This document shows positions 14,837 to 27,640 of a DNA stretch of 64,000 bases, piece by piece. The stretch is from Stegostoma tigrinum (lineage: Eukaryota). The number at the start of each line of letters is the position of its first letter. Within the stretch, counting starts at the first letter, position 1. The position numbers and the translations under genes were made by a program. The notes beneath the pieces were generated by a model. It was not told the origin of the DNA and did not search any database. It saw only the letters and a list, made by a program, of their open reading frames with translations. The stretch covers positions 52,801,351-52,865,350 of the forward strand of contig NC_081367.1 in the NCBI RefSeq assembly GCF_030684315.1, written 5' to 3'.

Positions 14837-17562
14837 AAAATAAAGCACACATCTCATCATACATAGAATGCTTTTCACTTCCCGATAAACCAAGCAAACG
14901 CTGTGCATCATTTAATCATGCATTATATTTAAATGTAATTATTCAGTATAGAAATCATTCCATTATAATCAAGTTAGAACTCCCAGTAGTTATTAAACAA
15001 AAAATTCACTTATTCCCTCACCCTCCCAAAAGAACAGCAACTAAACTATGTCAGAACAAATGGAACAGTTAAGGTTGCAAAGCTCAAACTCAACAGTGGA
15101 ATTCTCTCAGAATTTTCCAATAAGTTTGCCAACTATTCAATAAAAGCACATTGGCAACGGACCCCACCATACATTCCACTGTCTGCTGTTTGAATGTGTT
15201 TTGAAAATTCCTAATACAAACGATAACCTGATAATGCAGAAAAAATCAACATACCTTCTGGTCCTATGTCATGCAGCATATTCAGAATAGAAACGGAAAT
15301 GCAACACCACAATAGTAAGAATAAATGTTAAAACGAATCACAACTTCATTATAAGCAGATATCCATCAGAAAATTGAAAGCTGTAGTCCAATTAAGGGTC
15401 CAACTGCATACCTTTAGCTTTGCAATAAAAATAGCATTGCTTGAAACCTTTAATGGATTACTGCTATACAATTTACCAAGACTTATCCGTCACCTTCAAT
15501 TACAACAGGTGGTTCATTACAGAATGTTCCAACTTCCATCATTTGTCAATTTGCATTTTAAGTAAGATAATTGACCTAAAATTCATCAATTTTATTCAAC
15601 TGACTTATTCACTAAATGACCCTGTCTAGTTTGTTTTTCTTAACGATCATTCCAGATTGTTTTGGTTTAGAGATTTCTTGCATTTATAACTGATGTTTAT
15701 AATGGTGATAGCAACTACCCTGATAAAATGCTGAAGATGCAAAGATTAATGTTGCCTACAAAACCATATTTCCAGTTTAAAGAGCGTTAATACACATATT
15801 CTAAAACAGACACATTCATACTAGCAAGCAAACAGGTCTTCTAAAGTTATACAAATGTGTCTATAAATAGCAAAGATTTGGCGTCTATCAACCCTGCCAA
15901 AAAGTTCAAGTCAAATGAATGTGAACTCAATGTAATTTTATGGGCAAGGCAAGGGAAGCATTGACAAATATAGCACACAAGAAAACTCTCCACTTATCCC
16001 ACATTTTATTTGTTCGATGCACTCCATTCTACTGATATGTAGAATCGCTCAATCTACACCTCTACCATTGGTGATTTTATTCCTCTATTTTGAGGAAAGG
16101 TCAAGAATCACACTATTAAAATTTTAGGTCCTTGGGACCAAATCCATACCTGGTATCAATGGACTTAAATATTAGTCTATTGGAAGAATGCCAAGAAATA
16201 AGTGACTTTTGCACATAATTTTTTTTCATTTTGTAGATTTAAGACCTGGATTTTGACTAACAGAACACACAGTGGGTGGCATTATCTCTTTACTGAAAGG
16301 CAGAGCATGGAAAAGTTAGTGAGGAATGCAAAGGTGCAACCCACAATAAAAAGTTAGATACGCTGGTTCCCTTTTGGAGCAAAGCATGTTGGTCAATTGA
16401 CAGTTCAGGAAGACAACAGGAAACCTTCAGTTAATTCAAAAAAATTTAATTTGGGCTTACAGTGGCACATAAAAACATTAAAATCACTAACTTTAAAAAA
16501 AAATCCTCAAGGTACAACGTGGATACAGTTCTCCCACTCAGCCCAAATGATACAAAAATAAGGCTGTATTCTTTAGTTTATCAAAACAAAAAACCCATAA
16601 ACAGCTTCCTCAAATCAACAGCATCCGTTTTCCCCACCTCCATTATAACTGGTAGTTTATATCAAAAGACACCCCCAACACTAAACCAATTTACATTATT
16701 TGTAACGAAAATGGCTCTGCAATAGAAAACTCTTTAAAGAAATACCAATTATCCAAAACATTCAAAAGTAAGTACATTAATGATATTGTTTGTTTAATTT
16801 ATTGACTTCTTTATTTTTCTGTTGACTGGAGCAATGCAAAACAAATTGTACTTTCTTCCTTTGGCCCCAAGTAACTTATCTAAATGTTTGGCTGAAATTA
16901 TTACTTTGACCCCTATGTTAACTAGCCCCAATGGCAAAATATTTCTTCCTCAAACACTAATACAAAAAGAAAATTTACTTGGTATAGTTATTTTCTGACA
17001 TTAAAATTTACCCCCAACCATCTAGCAGCAGTCTTTATATTTTCAAAACTAAGAAACTTTTCATAGCCTCTTCCTCTCAAGTGAGAAAACAAGATACCCA
17101 AAAGAAGATACTGTTTTATAACTAGTCATCAGTTCATGCAACAATCTTGCAAATTTACAGCACATATTTATAATAATTTTAATTTTTTGGGGGTGATGTA
17201 GCAATGGAGGAAGGACGAGTGCACCGCAGGGCAGTGGAACCAAAACTATACTGTACTGACTTGGGCATTGCAAAACTTAACTTCCATATAATCTACATCT
17301 GTATCTGCATATAACAAACAAAAACTTGCCTCTAAATGGTTTACACATGAACAGCTGAAATTTAACATTAATGATCATCCATAGGTAAGTTTTTAATACT
17401 GAGTTTATCACTGCATTCCTTTCCCTAGGATGCTTCAAGTCCTCACATAATCTTGTCCTTGCCGTTTGTTTCAGTCTCTGTTCCTACAGTAAACGTTGTT
17501 ATGCTCTCCTGTAATCCTCTCAAATCCAATTCCATTCTCTTGTGCAGTCAACAGATCCAATG

Positions 17563-18645
17563 CTAAAACAGAATTGCTGGAAATGCTCAGCAGGTCCAGC
17601 AGCATTCTGCGAATAAAAATATCAGAGTTAACATTTCGGAATCCGGTGATCCTCCCTCAGAACGAATGGCAGCTTGGAAAATTGCAGTTTATATGCAGAA
17701 AATCGAGAGGTAGGGAGTCAACGAGAGAGCAAGACAGCAAGAAGAACAGTAGGACAGACAAAGGAGTTAATAACGATCTGGCTTGGAGAGTGAACAGCTG
17801 TTAATGGGGACTGTTAGTGGCCAACAATAGGTAGCATGTAATGGCAGGCTGTGATAACAAGGCCTGGTGTGTGGAGTAGGGGGCTAGGGGCCTAGGACAC
17901 AGGAGAATTTAGGCCCTAAAATTATTGAACTCCATATTAAGTCCAGAGAGCTGCAGGGTACCCAAGCAGAAAGTGAGGTGTTGTTCTTCCAACTTACGTT
18001 GAACTTCAATGGGACACTGCAGCAAACTAGACACAGCTGTTAGCTGGGAAACAGAGTGGTGTGTTAAAAGTGACAGTCAACAGGTAGCTCAGGGTCTTTT
18101 TTATGAGCAGAACATAGGTGTTCTGCGAAGTGGTCACCCAGTCTATGCTATGTTTCCCCAGTGCGGAGGTGACCACATTGTCAGCAGCAAATGCAGTAGA
18201 CTAGATTCTGGAAAATACAGGTGAAGTTTTGCTTCACCTGCAAGATATATTTGGGTCCTTGGAAAGTGGGGGTGGAGGAGGTATACGGGCAGGTGATGCA
18301 GCTTCGCTGGTTACAGGGGACGGTGGTGTGTGTACGCATGTGAACAAACAGTAGACCAAGATGTCCCAGAGGGAATGGTCTTGCGGAAGACGGGCAGGGC
18401 AGGGCAGGGCAGGGCAGGGGAATGGGTGTCTAGTGGTGGCATCTTGCTGGAAGTGGCAGAAATGACATCTGATGATCTTCTGGATGTACATGCTGGTGGG
18501 ATGGTAGGTACGATCAGTTCTGAGGAAGGGTCACTGGACCCAAAACGTTAACTCTACAATATTTTTTTCCACAGATGCTGCCAGACCTGCTGAGCTTATC
18601 TTTTGTCTCTGAATTACAGCATTAACAGTTCTTTCAACTTTTAAT
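17563..18645 (-). mobile_element. Older PLE (second family) with inverted pLTRs
   Basis: Minus ORF IIRCHFCHFQQDATTRHPFP...DHSL is homologous to the PLE ORF; pLTR inverted at 17563-17663 and forward at 18516-18645 (CTGAGGAAGGGTCACTGGACCCAAAACGTT). Confidence 0.8.
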
Positions 18646-20733
18646 AATGTGCAGCACACCATTTATAAGTCTTTGTTAATCCAAACAATCGTTTCAGCTT
18701 TATTTTTATTTCCTGCACAACCAAATTTCAATTATTTCTAATGAAACAGTTTTTGAAAAAAATCAATGTACACATTTACAACAAACTCATGTCACTATCA
18801 TCTGGAGTCTATTTACATGCACTTTCTGGAGAAATTCTACGCTAGTCAGTCAGTTTTAGCTGGGCTAGGGGTAAAATCCCAAAATTTTCCTCAACAACCT
18901 AAATAAGGTAGAAAAAGTAATATCTCCATGCTCAGGCACTATCAAAAGTTCATTCCTAGTAAACGTGTACATACAAATATTAATGAGGCTTAACTACACT
19001 ATGAAAGATGCATCCAATGTCACTGAGGTGTTTGGAGTGTTTCCAGCCCTAATATAATCAGTATCTCAGCAAGAGAGTAGACAGGAATTTTGGAAAGGGA
19101 GAAAGCAAACAAACGTACAAAAAGATTAAGAAAAAAAGTGATGCACAACGTGTGCGGACATTAGTTCCAACTTGAGCAGCTGACGATAGTGGTTTAAGGT
19201 ATTTAATGGGGAGGTATTAAGGGGAACAACAGAAAGTACAGATGTTTTAGACATCAGTTATATGGAATATTTCTTATTTTACGAAAAGCCCAATGTGTTT
19301 GCCATTTAGACAAAACAAAAATCATTGAAAAAAACGCTAGCTGCACAACTTCTCAAAAATTCACTACTGCTTTGCTGCTGGCAAGCAGATCAGTAGGTTT
19401 CCCGATGGATCTAATCCGTACGCTAGAGGATCCTACTATCCAGACAGGCAGTTTATGTGTGAACAACTTAAACTATCATTATACTTCAATCATTTGCCTC
19501 TCTTTGTAGTTAAATTTGTACTTGGATGGGGATCGCATATACACAGTACATTTGAAACCTCTGATAACCAATAAGACCTACTACATACCAGTATCATCTT
19601 GTTGACAATGACAATTCAATACTACAACACAACCTTAGTTTGTCAGAGCTATTTGCATTAGTGGTATGCTACTGAACACTTGAAAGATTAACCTTTGACG
19701 GTCACTGGACCTTTTACATTTATTTTGTTAATAGAATTATAACAGTGAAAAGGTGCCTCATATCACTGAAATCAGTACTAATAACCATTAAGTAGTGTTG
19801 GCTTGACCAATAAATATGTTTGCCAGCATGCTCACATCCCACATGAATAAAATATCAATTATTTTAATTATGTATTTTAAAGTTCAACGCAAATTAGGTT
19901 ACAGCTGATGTCGAGGGATCATTTTCTTTACAATATTATCTTTACTTCCTCCCCATCAAAACGATTTTAATCAACTGCACTATTCTCTAACAAGAGTGTG
20001 GACTTCTGATTAAAATGTCAATAAGTTTTGAAATCAGAAAAGGATTTCCCACTCTGCAAAATCTAAATTGACACCCAGAATTTTAACGCAACTCCCACTA
20101 TCCTTATTTCCACTTAAAAATCCGTAGTTATCAATACGGTTTTCCTTAAAATGTCATATCGTACCGATTCGGTATCTACTTTCCTCAGTACCACCTCCAC
20201 ACGTGTCCAACTCAGATGCCGCACACAGCCGAAACTGTTTACATTCATAAATCACGCCCCTTCCTCCATAAGGCTTCCTGTTCACCGCCCAACTGCTCCC
20301 GAATCGCATCATGTACACTGACATCAAGTTGTAATCTGATCGTTCAACACTATAAGCAGAGTTCATTAGAAATGCTGCACTGGCGCTGGCATTCATTTCA
20401 GTGTTGCGGGGTTTAAAATGACGCGACAACGTCTGTCAAATATTCGCAATTACATTGTTCGACTATTCCCGCTTTCTCGCCTCTCCGTGATTCACAGAAT
20501 CGCAAGGCAACAGGTTGTCAGCTTAAGGAGAAAGAATGATTTCGTAATCGGATATAGAAAAGCCAAGGCATTCCCGCGTTGTTAAAACGTCAAACCTGTT
20601 TCTCTGTCCAGAATATTTAAGTCCTTATGTTCAGAACAACCCATTGGTATTTTAACAGCTCTCATCGGCCGACGCTGCTGTTAACCTCAAAAAGTAAGAA
20701 GACGACTAGATATCGAGCGGTCTATGTACGTAC

Positions 20734-20865
20734 CTATTAATGCTTGAAAGAGATTACTGCGGAATATATTGATAACTCGCTCGATGGAGGCACGGAGCTG
20801 ACGGTCTTCAGTCTTGCCGAGCTTGGCACGGTAATTCTCCAGGAGCTTCAGAGCTCGCTGAGCAT
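20734..20865 (-). CDS. DLG1: DLG1 coding exon 2, L27 domain ([45 protein letters not shown])
   Basis: ctctgctcag| acceptor and G|GTACGT donor; 132 nt, phase 1-1; matches the DLG1 L27 domain. Confidence 0.96.
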
Positions 20866-21113
20866 CTGAGCAGAGACAAGGGGCAAAAATAATCACACAT
20901 TTAACGATCATTACTGGACCGATCCCGTAACAACTCCTGGAGCTACTACATCTTTGCCCAGCTTTTAGCACTTGATAGAAAATGACAAAGATATCCTTCG
21001 TTAAAATCGGTTCGTCTTAAAGTTCGTGGCAATGGTGCTAAATACAAAGTGTTAGCGGACTTTAAAAACTTTTATTAAAATGTTTCTGCAAAATTTAATA
21101 TGCTGAAACTCAC

Positions 21114-21132
21114 CCTGCTTTCGAACCGGCAT
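21114..21132 (-). CDS. DLG1: DLG1/SAP97 first coding exon (MPVRKQ-D)
   Basis: Minus strand reads ATG CCG GTT CGA AAG CAG G|GTGAGT. MPVRKQD is the N-terminus of beta-SAP97. Consensus donor, phase 1, A at -3. Confidence 0.95.
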
Positions 21133-22140
21133 CCTCCTGTTTCAGATTTCCTTCACAGGTTAAAGCTCCCAGTTGGTAATTCCCTCAATTCCAAGTTGTC
21201 CTCCGGAGTCTAAGAGTCTCCGGAGACAGGATCTTTTCTTCTGCGCTTTCAAACGGTCCCGATAAACTGCCAGAAACACCGGATCCCAACTTTTCGCTCC
21301 GACTCAAGGAAATGTGTAAATATTTAGTGCAATCAGTTTCACTGACAATCAATTTTTTTTTCCTTTCAAAACAGGCTTAGGCTTGTTTGAGAGACACTTT
21401 TGGTTTCTTTCCGATATCAGTCAATCCTTCCTTCCTGAAGTAGACTGACCGGTTTGTAAAGTGTTGGCCTCAGGAGGACCACATCCTGACTCTCTCCTCT
21501 TGCCCAGTCTGGAATACCGATTCGCTGATCAGAACGTTTCTGCTGGTTATCTTGCCCGGTCACTGCTCGCTTGTCCTACTTGTTCAAGGTGACTGCAGGA
21601 GACCAACTGGGGAGAGTGGATCCTCTCCGCTGAGCTTGAGAGTGACTGTCCTGGTCTCTGCCCCTAACACTCAGGGTCGTCCAGTGGATCCCTTTGCTGG
21701 GTGTCGGTTGTTTTGATTCTTGGAAAAGAGAGTTGGAGGGGCGGGGGGTTGTGTCCTCTCTCCTCGGTATGGGATGCAGCAAGCGGCGGCCTTGCCCCAC
21801 ACCCCGCCAGCCCGAAAGAGGGGCCGACTCTCTGGCTGCCTCCCCGTCAGGCGAGTTACAGGCTCCGGGGCTTGCGCTCTCTTGCCTCCCCGTGGAGTTG
21901 TAGTCCTTCACCGCCGCCAGTGACCCACCGCCTCCTCCTCCTTTCCCCGCCCCGAGAGGTGGGGCCCCCGGACCGGCACCGGCACACACTCTCCCACTCC
22001 TCTTCTTCCGGATTCCACCAAAAACAAACTTTCGCTGCCGCCGCTTCCCTCCCACCCGGCGAACAACTGCTACTACTCCTCTTCCCAGTCACTGCCAGAA
22101 AAATCCCAAACTTTCCCCCAAAATGGCGACCGGGACGGCG
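21133..22140 (-). other. DLG1: Probable long 5' UTR of DLG1 exon 1
   Basis: Only one minus-strand ATG in ~1 kb between promoter and start codon; no obvious acceptor just before the ATG. The TSS is inferred. Confidence 0.55.
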
Positions 22141-22230
22141 AATCTCCACCACCTGACCGGCCGCCCGCCAATCAGGAGGGAGCAGGCCGACCGGGGGGCG
22201 GGGCCCAGGTTTAAGGAAGGCTGCGGTGAT
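21750..22230 (-). promoter_or_regulatory. DLG1 CpG-island promoter
   Basis: GC- and CpG-rich. GC box GGGGCGGGG 22195-22203, CCAAT 22168-22172, YY1-like AAAATGGCG 22120-22128, ETS-like CTTCCGG near 22005, ZNF143-like ACTACAACTCC near 21894-21904 (minus). Confidence 0.8.
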
Positions 22231-22272
22231 GCTGCAGAGCAGCTCACCCAAGATTTGAAACTCCAGTGCTGT

Positions 22273-25200
22273 TCCTCCCCAACACCCTGCCCCAGAACTC
22301 ACTCACCGTCCCTCCCCAACACCCTGCCCCGTAACTCACTCACCGTCCCTCCCCAACACCCTGCCCCGTAACTCACTCACCGTCCCTCCCCAACACCCTG
22401 CCCCAGAACTCACTCACCGTCCCTCCCCAACACCCTGCCCCAGAACTCACTCACCGTCCCTCCCCAACACCCTGCCCCGTAACTCACTCACCGTCCCTCC
22501 CCAACACCCTGCCCCGTAACTCACTCACCGTCCCTCCCCAACACCCTGCCCCGTAACTCACTCACCGTCCCTCCCCAACACCCTGTCCCGTAACTCACTC
22601 ACCGTCCCTCGCCAACATCCTGCCCCGTAACTCACTCACTGTCCCTCCCCAACACCCTGCCCCGTAACTCACTCACCGTCCCTCCCCAACACCCTGTCCC
22701 ATAACTCACTCACCGTCCCTCCCCAACACCCTGCCCCAGAACTCACTCACCGTCCCTCCCCAAAACCCTGCCCCATAACTCACTCACCGTCCCTCCCCAA
22801 CACCCTGCCCCGTAACTCACTCACCGTCCCTCCCCAACACCCTGCCCCGTAACTCACTCACCGTCCCTCCCCAACACCCTGCCCCAGAACTCACTCACCG
22901 TCCCTCCCCAACACCCTGCCCCAGAACTCACTCACCGTCCCTCCCCAAAACCCTGCCCCATAACTCACTCACCGTCCCTCCCCAACACCCTGCCACAGAA
23001 CTCACTCACCATCCCTCCCCAACACCCTGCCCTGTAACTCACTCGCCGTCCCTCCCCAACATCATGCCCCGTAACTCACTCACCGTCTCTTTCCAACACC
23101 CTGCCCCATAACTCAGTCACCGTCCCTCCCCGGCGCCCTGCCCCATAACTCACTCACTGTCCCTCCCCGGCGCCCTGCCCCAAAACCCACTCGCCGTCCT
23201 CTCCAACACCCTGCCTCAAAATTCACTCGTTGTCCCTCCCCAAAACCCTGCCCCAAAACTCACTCACCGTCCCTCCCCAACACCCTGACCCATAACTCAC
23301 TCAGCGTCCCTCCCCAAAACCCTGCCCCAAAACTCACTCACCGTCCCTCCCCAACACACTGCCCCAGAACTCACTCACCATCCTTCCCCAACACCCTGCC
23401 CCGTAACTCACTCACCATCCCTCCCCAACACCCTGCCCCGTAACTCACTCACCGTCCCTCCCCAACACCCTGCCCCGTAACTCACCCACCGTCCCTCCCC
23501 AACACCCTGCCCCGTAACTCACTCACCGTCCCACCCCAACACCCTGCCCCGTAACTCACTCACCGTCCCTCCCCAACACCCTGCCCCGTAACTCACTCAC
23601 CGCCCCTCCCCAACACCCTGCCCCGTAACTCACTCACCGCCCCTCCCCAACACCCTGCACCGTAACTCACTCACCGTCCCTCCCCAACACCCTGTCCCGT
23701 AACTCACTCAGCGTCCCTCCCCAACACCCTGCCCCAGAACTCACTCACCGTCCCTCCCCAACACCCTGCCCCGTAACTCACTCACCGTCCCTCCCCAACA
23801 CCCTGCCCCGTAACTCACTCACCGTCCCTCCCCAACACCCTGTCCCGTAACTCACTCACCGTCCCTCCCCAACACCCTGCCCCGTAACTCACTCACCGTC
23901 CCTCCCCAACACCCTGCCCCGTAACTCACTCACCGTCCCTCCCCAACACCCTGCCCCGTAACTCACTCACCGTCCCTCCCCAACACCCTGCCCCGTAACT
24001 CACTCACCGTCCCTCCCCAACACCCTGCCCCGTAACTCACTCACCGTCCCTCCCCAACACCCTGTCCCGTAACTCACTCACCGTCTCTTCCCAACACCCT
24101 GCCCCGTAACTCACTCACCGTCCCTCCCCAACACCCTGTCCCGTAACTCACTCACCGTCCCTCGCCAATATCCTGCCCCGTAACTCACTCACTGTCCCTC
24201 CCCAACACCCTGCCCCGTAACTCACTCACCGTCCCTCCCCAACACCCTGCCCCGTAACTCACTCACCGTCCCTCCCCAACACCCTGTCCCATAACTCACT
24301 CACCGTCCCTCCCCAATATCCTGCCCCAGAACTCACTCACCGTCCCTCCCCAACACCCTGCCCCAGAACTCACTCACCGTCCCTCCCCAACACCCTGCCC
24401 CAGAACTCACTCACCGTCCCTCCCCAAAACCCTGCCCCATAACTCACTCACCGTCCCTCCCCAACACCCTGCCACAGAACTCACTCACCATCCCTCCCCA
24501 ACACCCTGCCCTGTAACTCACTCGCCGTCCCTCCCCAACATCATGCCCCGTAACTCACTCACCGTCTCTTTCCAACACCCTGCCCCATAACTCAGTCACC
24601 GTCCCTCCCCGGCGCCCTGCCCCATAACTCACTCACTGTCCCTCCCCGGCGCCCTGCCCCAAAACCCACTCGCCGTCCTCTCCAACACCCTGCCTCAAAA
24701 TTCACTCGTTGTCCCTCCCCAAAACCCTGCCCCAAAACTCACTCACCGTCCCTCCCCAACACCCTGACCCATAACTCACTCAGCGTCCCTCCCCAAAACC
24801 CTGCCCCAAAACTCACTCACCGTCCCTCCCCAACACACTGCCCCAGAACTCACTCACCATCCTTCCCCAACACCCTGCCCCGTAACTCACTCACCGTCCC
24901 TCCCCAACACCCTGCCCTGTAACTCACTCACCGTCCCTCCCCAACACCCTGCCCTGTAACTCACTCACCGTCTCTTCCCAACACCCTGCCCCATAACTCA
25001 CTCACTGTCCCTCCCCGGCGCCCTGCCCCAAACCCGCTCGCCATCACTCCCTGGCACCCTGACACAAAACCAGCTCGCCGTCCCTCCCCGGCACCCTGCC
25101 CCAAAACCCACTCGCCGTCCTCTCCAACACCCTGCCTCAAAACTCACTCGTTGTCCCTCCCCAACACCCTGCCCCAAAACCGACTCGCCGTCCCTCCCCG

Positions 25201-26530
25201 GCACCCTGCCCCAAAACCCGCTCACCGTCCCTCCCCGGCGCCCTGCCCCAAAACCCGCTCGCCGTCCCTCCCCGACGCCCTGCCCCAAAACCCACTTGCC
25301 GTCCTTCCCCGGCGCCCTGCCCCAAAACCCACTCGCCGTCCTTCCCTGGCACCCTGCCCCAAAACCGACTCGCCGTCCCTCCCCGGCGCCCTGCCGCAAA
25401 ACCCACTCGCCGTCCTTCCCTGGCGCCCTGCCCCAAAACCCGCTCGCCATCCCTCCCCGGCACCCTGCCCCAAAACCCGCTCGCCATCCCTCCCCGGCAC
25501 CCTGCCCCAAAACCGACTCGCCGTCCCTCCCCGGCGCCCTGCCGCAAAACCCACTCACCGTCCTTCCCTGGCGCCCTGCCCCAAAACCCGCTCGCCATCC
25601 CTCCCCGGCACCCTGCCCCAAAACCCGCTCACCGTCTTGCCCCAGCGCCCTGCCCCAAAACCCACTCGCCGTCCCTCCCCAGCGCCCTGCCCCAAAACCC
25701 ACTCGCCGTCCCTCCCCGGCGCCCTGCCCCAAAATCCACTCGCCGTCCCTCCCCAGCGCCCTGCCCCAAAACCCACTCGCCGTCCTTCCCCGGCGCCCTG
25801 CCCCAAAACCCACTCGCCGTCCCTCCCCGGCGCCCTGCCCCAAAACCGACTCACCGTCCCTCCCCGGCGCCCTGCCCCAAAATCCACTCGCCGTCCCTCC
25901 CCAGCGCCCTGCCCCAAAACCCACTCGCCGTCCCTCCCCGGCGCCCTGCCCCAAAACCCACTCGCCGTCCCTCCCCGGCGCCCTGCCCCAAAACCCACTC
26001 GCCGTCCCTCCCCAGCGCCCTGCCCCAAAACCCACTCGCCGTCCCTCCCCGGCGCCCTGCCTCAAAACCGACTCGCTGTCGCTCCCCAGCGCCCTGCCCC
26101 AAAACCCACTCGCCGTCCCTCCCCGGCGCCCTGCCTCAAAACTCACTCGTTGTCCCTCCCCGGCACCCTGCCCCAAAACCCGCTCACCGTCCCTTCCCGG
26201 CGCCCTGCCCCAAATCCCGCTCGCCGTCCCTCCCCGGCGCACTGCCCGTAAACCCGCTCACCGTCCCTTCCCCGCGCCCTGCCCCAAATCCCGCTCGCCG
26301 TCCCTCCCCGGCGCACTGCCCCAAATCCCGCTCGCCGTCCCTCCCCGGCGCACTGCCCGAAAACCCGCTCGCCGTCACTCCCCGGCACCCTGCCCCAAAA
26401 CCCACTCGCCATCCTCTCCAACACCCTGCCTCAAAACTCACTCGTTGTCCCTCCCCAACACCCTGCCCCAAAACTCACTCACTGTCCCACCCTCTCACCC
26501 TGTCTGAAAACTCACTCACTGGCCCTTTCC
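22273..26530. repeat. 37-bp minisatellite, ~115 units
   Basis: Unit CCTCCCCAACACCCTGCCCCGTAACTCACTCACCGTC (period 37, e.g. 22321 vs 22358). Distal variant CCTCCCCGGCGCCCTGCCCCAAAACCCACTCGCCGTC from ~25000. Confidence 0.98.
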
Positions 26531-27640
26531 AACACCCTCCCTCACACAGCCTGCCTCAAAACTCAATCACTGTCCCTTTCTTATTCACTGGTTCCCACTC
26601 AATTTCTTTCCCTTCCTCCTAATCTGGTACAGTACCATCCTCAGATTTTGGCTCCACATCAATCATTATTGTTCACTGCCTCCAAATCAATCACTATTCA
26701 TTCTTCCTTCCAGCTCAATCAGCATCCATCCCTGCTTCTGCCTGAGTCACTGCCCCTATATGCTTACGAATGAATCATGATTTTCAGGACGGCATAATTA
26801 ATGGAATGCCACACGGATCACTGCTGGAGTCTTGATTTTTTAACACTATATATAAATAACTTGGCTGACATAAGTGAATCTGTTAGGACCAAGTTTGTAA
26901 GTTACACAACAAATAAGCTAGTAGTGAGGATGATACAATCAATCAGTTGGGGAATATAAACAGGTTAAGTGGCAAAACGTAACAAATGGGAGATGTGAGG
27001 AAATGTGAGGTTATACACTTTAGAATGGAGAGAAGAGCTGAATATTATTTAAATGGGGAATGACAGCAAAATATTGCAGATAGATTTGGTGATTCTTGTA
27101 CAGGAAACACAAAAAGTTCGCATTAAATTTCATTGGGTAACAGGGAAGTCAAATGGAATGTTGGCCTTTGTTTCAAAGTGAATGGCATATAAAGGTAAGG
27201 AAGTTTTCTAAAACTATACATGGCACTACTCAGACCACAGCTGGAAGATGACAAACAGTTTTAGTCCCCTGATCGAAGTAAAGATATATGAGCGTTGTAG
27301 GAAGTCCAGTAAATGTTACCATAAGACATAGGAGCAGAAATTGGGCCATTCAGCCCATCGAGTCTGCTCTGCCATTCAATCAAGGCTGATAAATTCCTCA
27401 ACCCCATTTTCCTGCTTTCTCCTCTTAATCCTTGATAATCAAGACAATCTCAGTCTTAAATGTACTCAATGACCAGCCTTCTGTGGCAGTGAAATCCATA
27501 GATTCACCACTCTCTGGCTGAAATGTTCATTTGGTTGATTCTAGATCTGAGGGGCATTTTCTTCTGAGGTGAGGTTGAGTAGTTTGGACTTGTACTCATT
27601 GGCATTTTCAAGAATGATAGCATACCTTATTGAAACACAG

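Noticed and set aside
18392-18420. (GGGCA)5 microsatellite
   Set aside because: Short slippage expansion inside a decayed PLE.
21576-22371. Overlapping 70-160-aa ORFs
   Set aside because: GC-rich promoter/UTR with non-ATG starts or no recognisable protein.
24998-26507. Long Pro-rich and Gly/Arg-rich ORFs (366-414 aa) on both strands
   Set aside because: Artefacts of the stop-free 37-bp repeat; the 37-aa periodicity arises from three units and many frames are open.
22273-26530. CRISPR-like 37-bp repeats
   Set aside because: Head-to-tail units with no unique spacers, no cas genes, vertebrate context.
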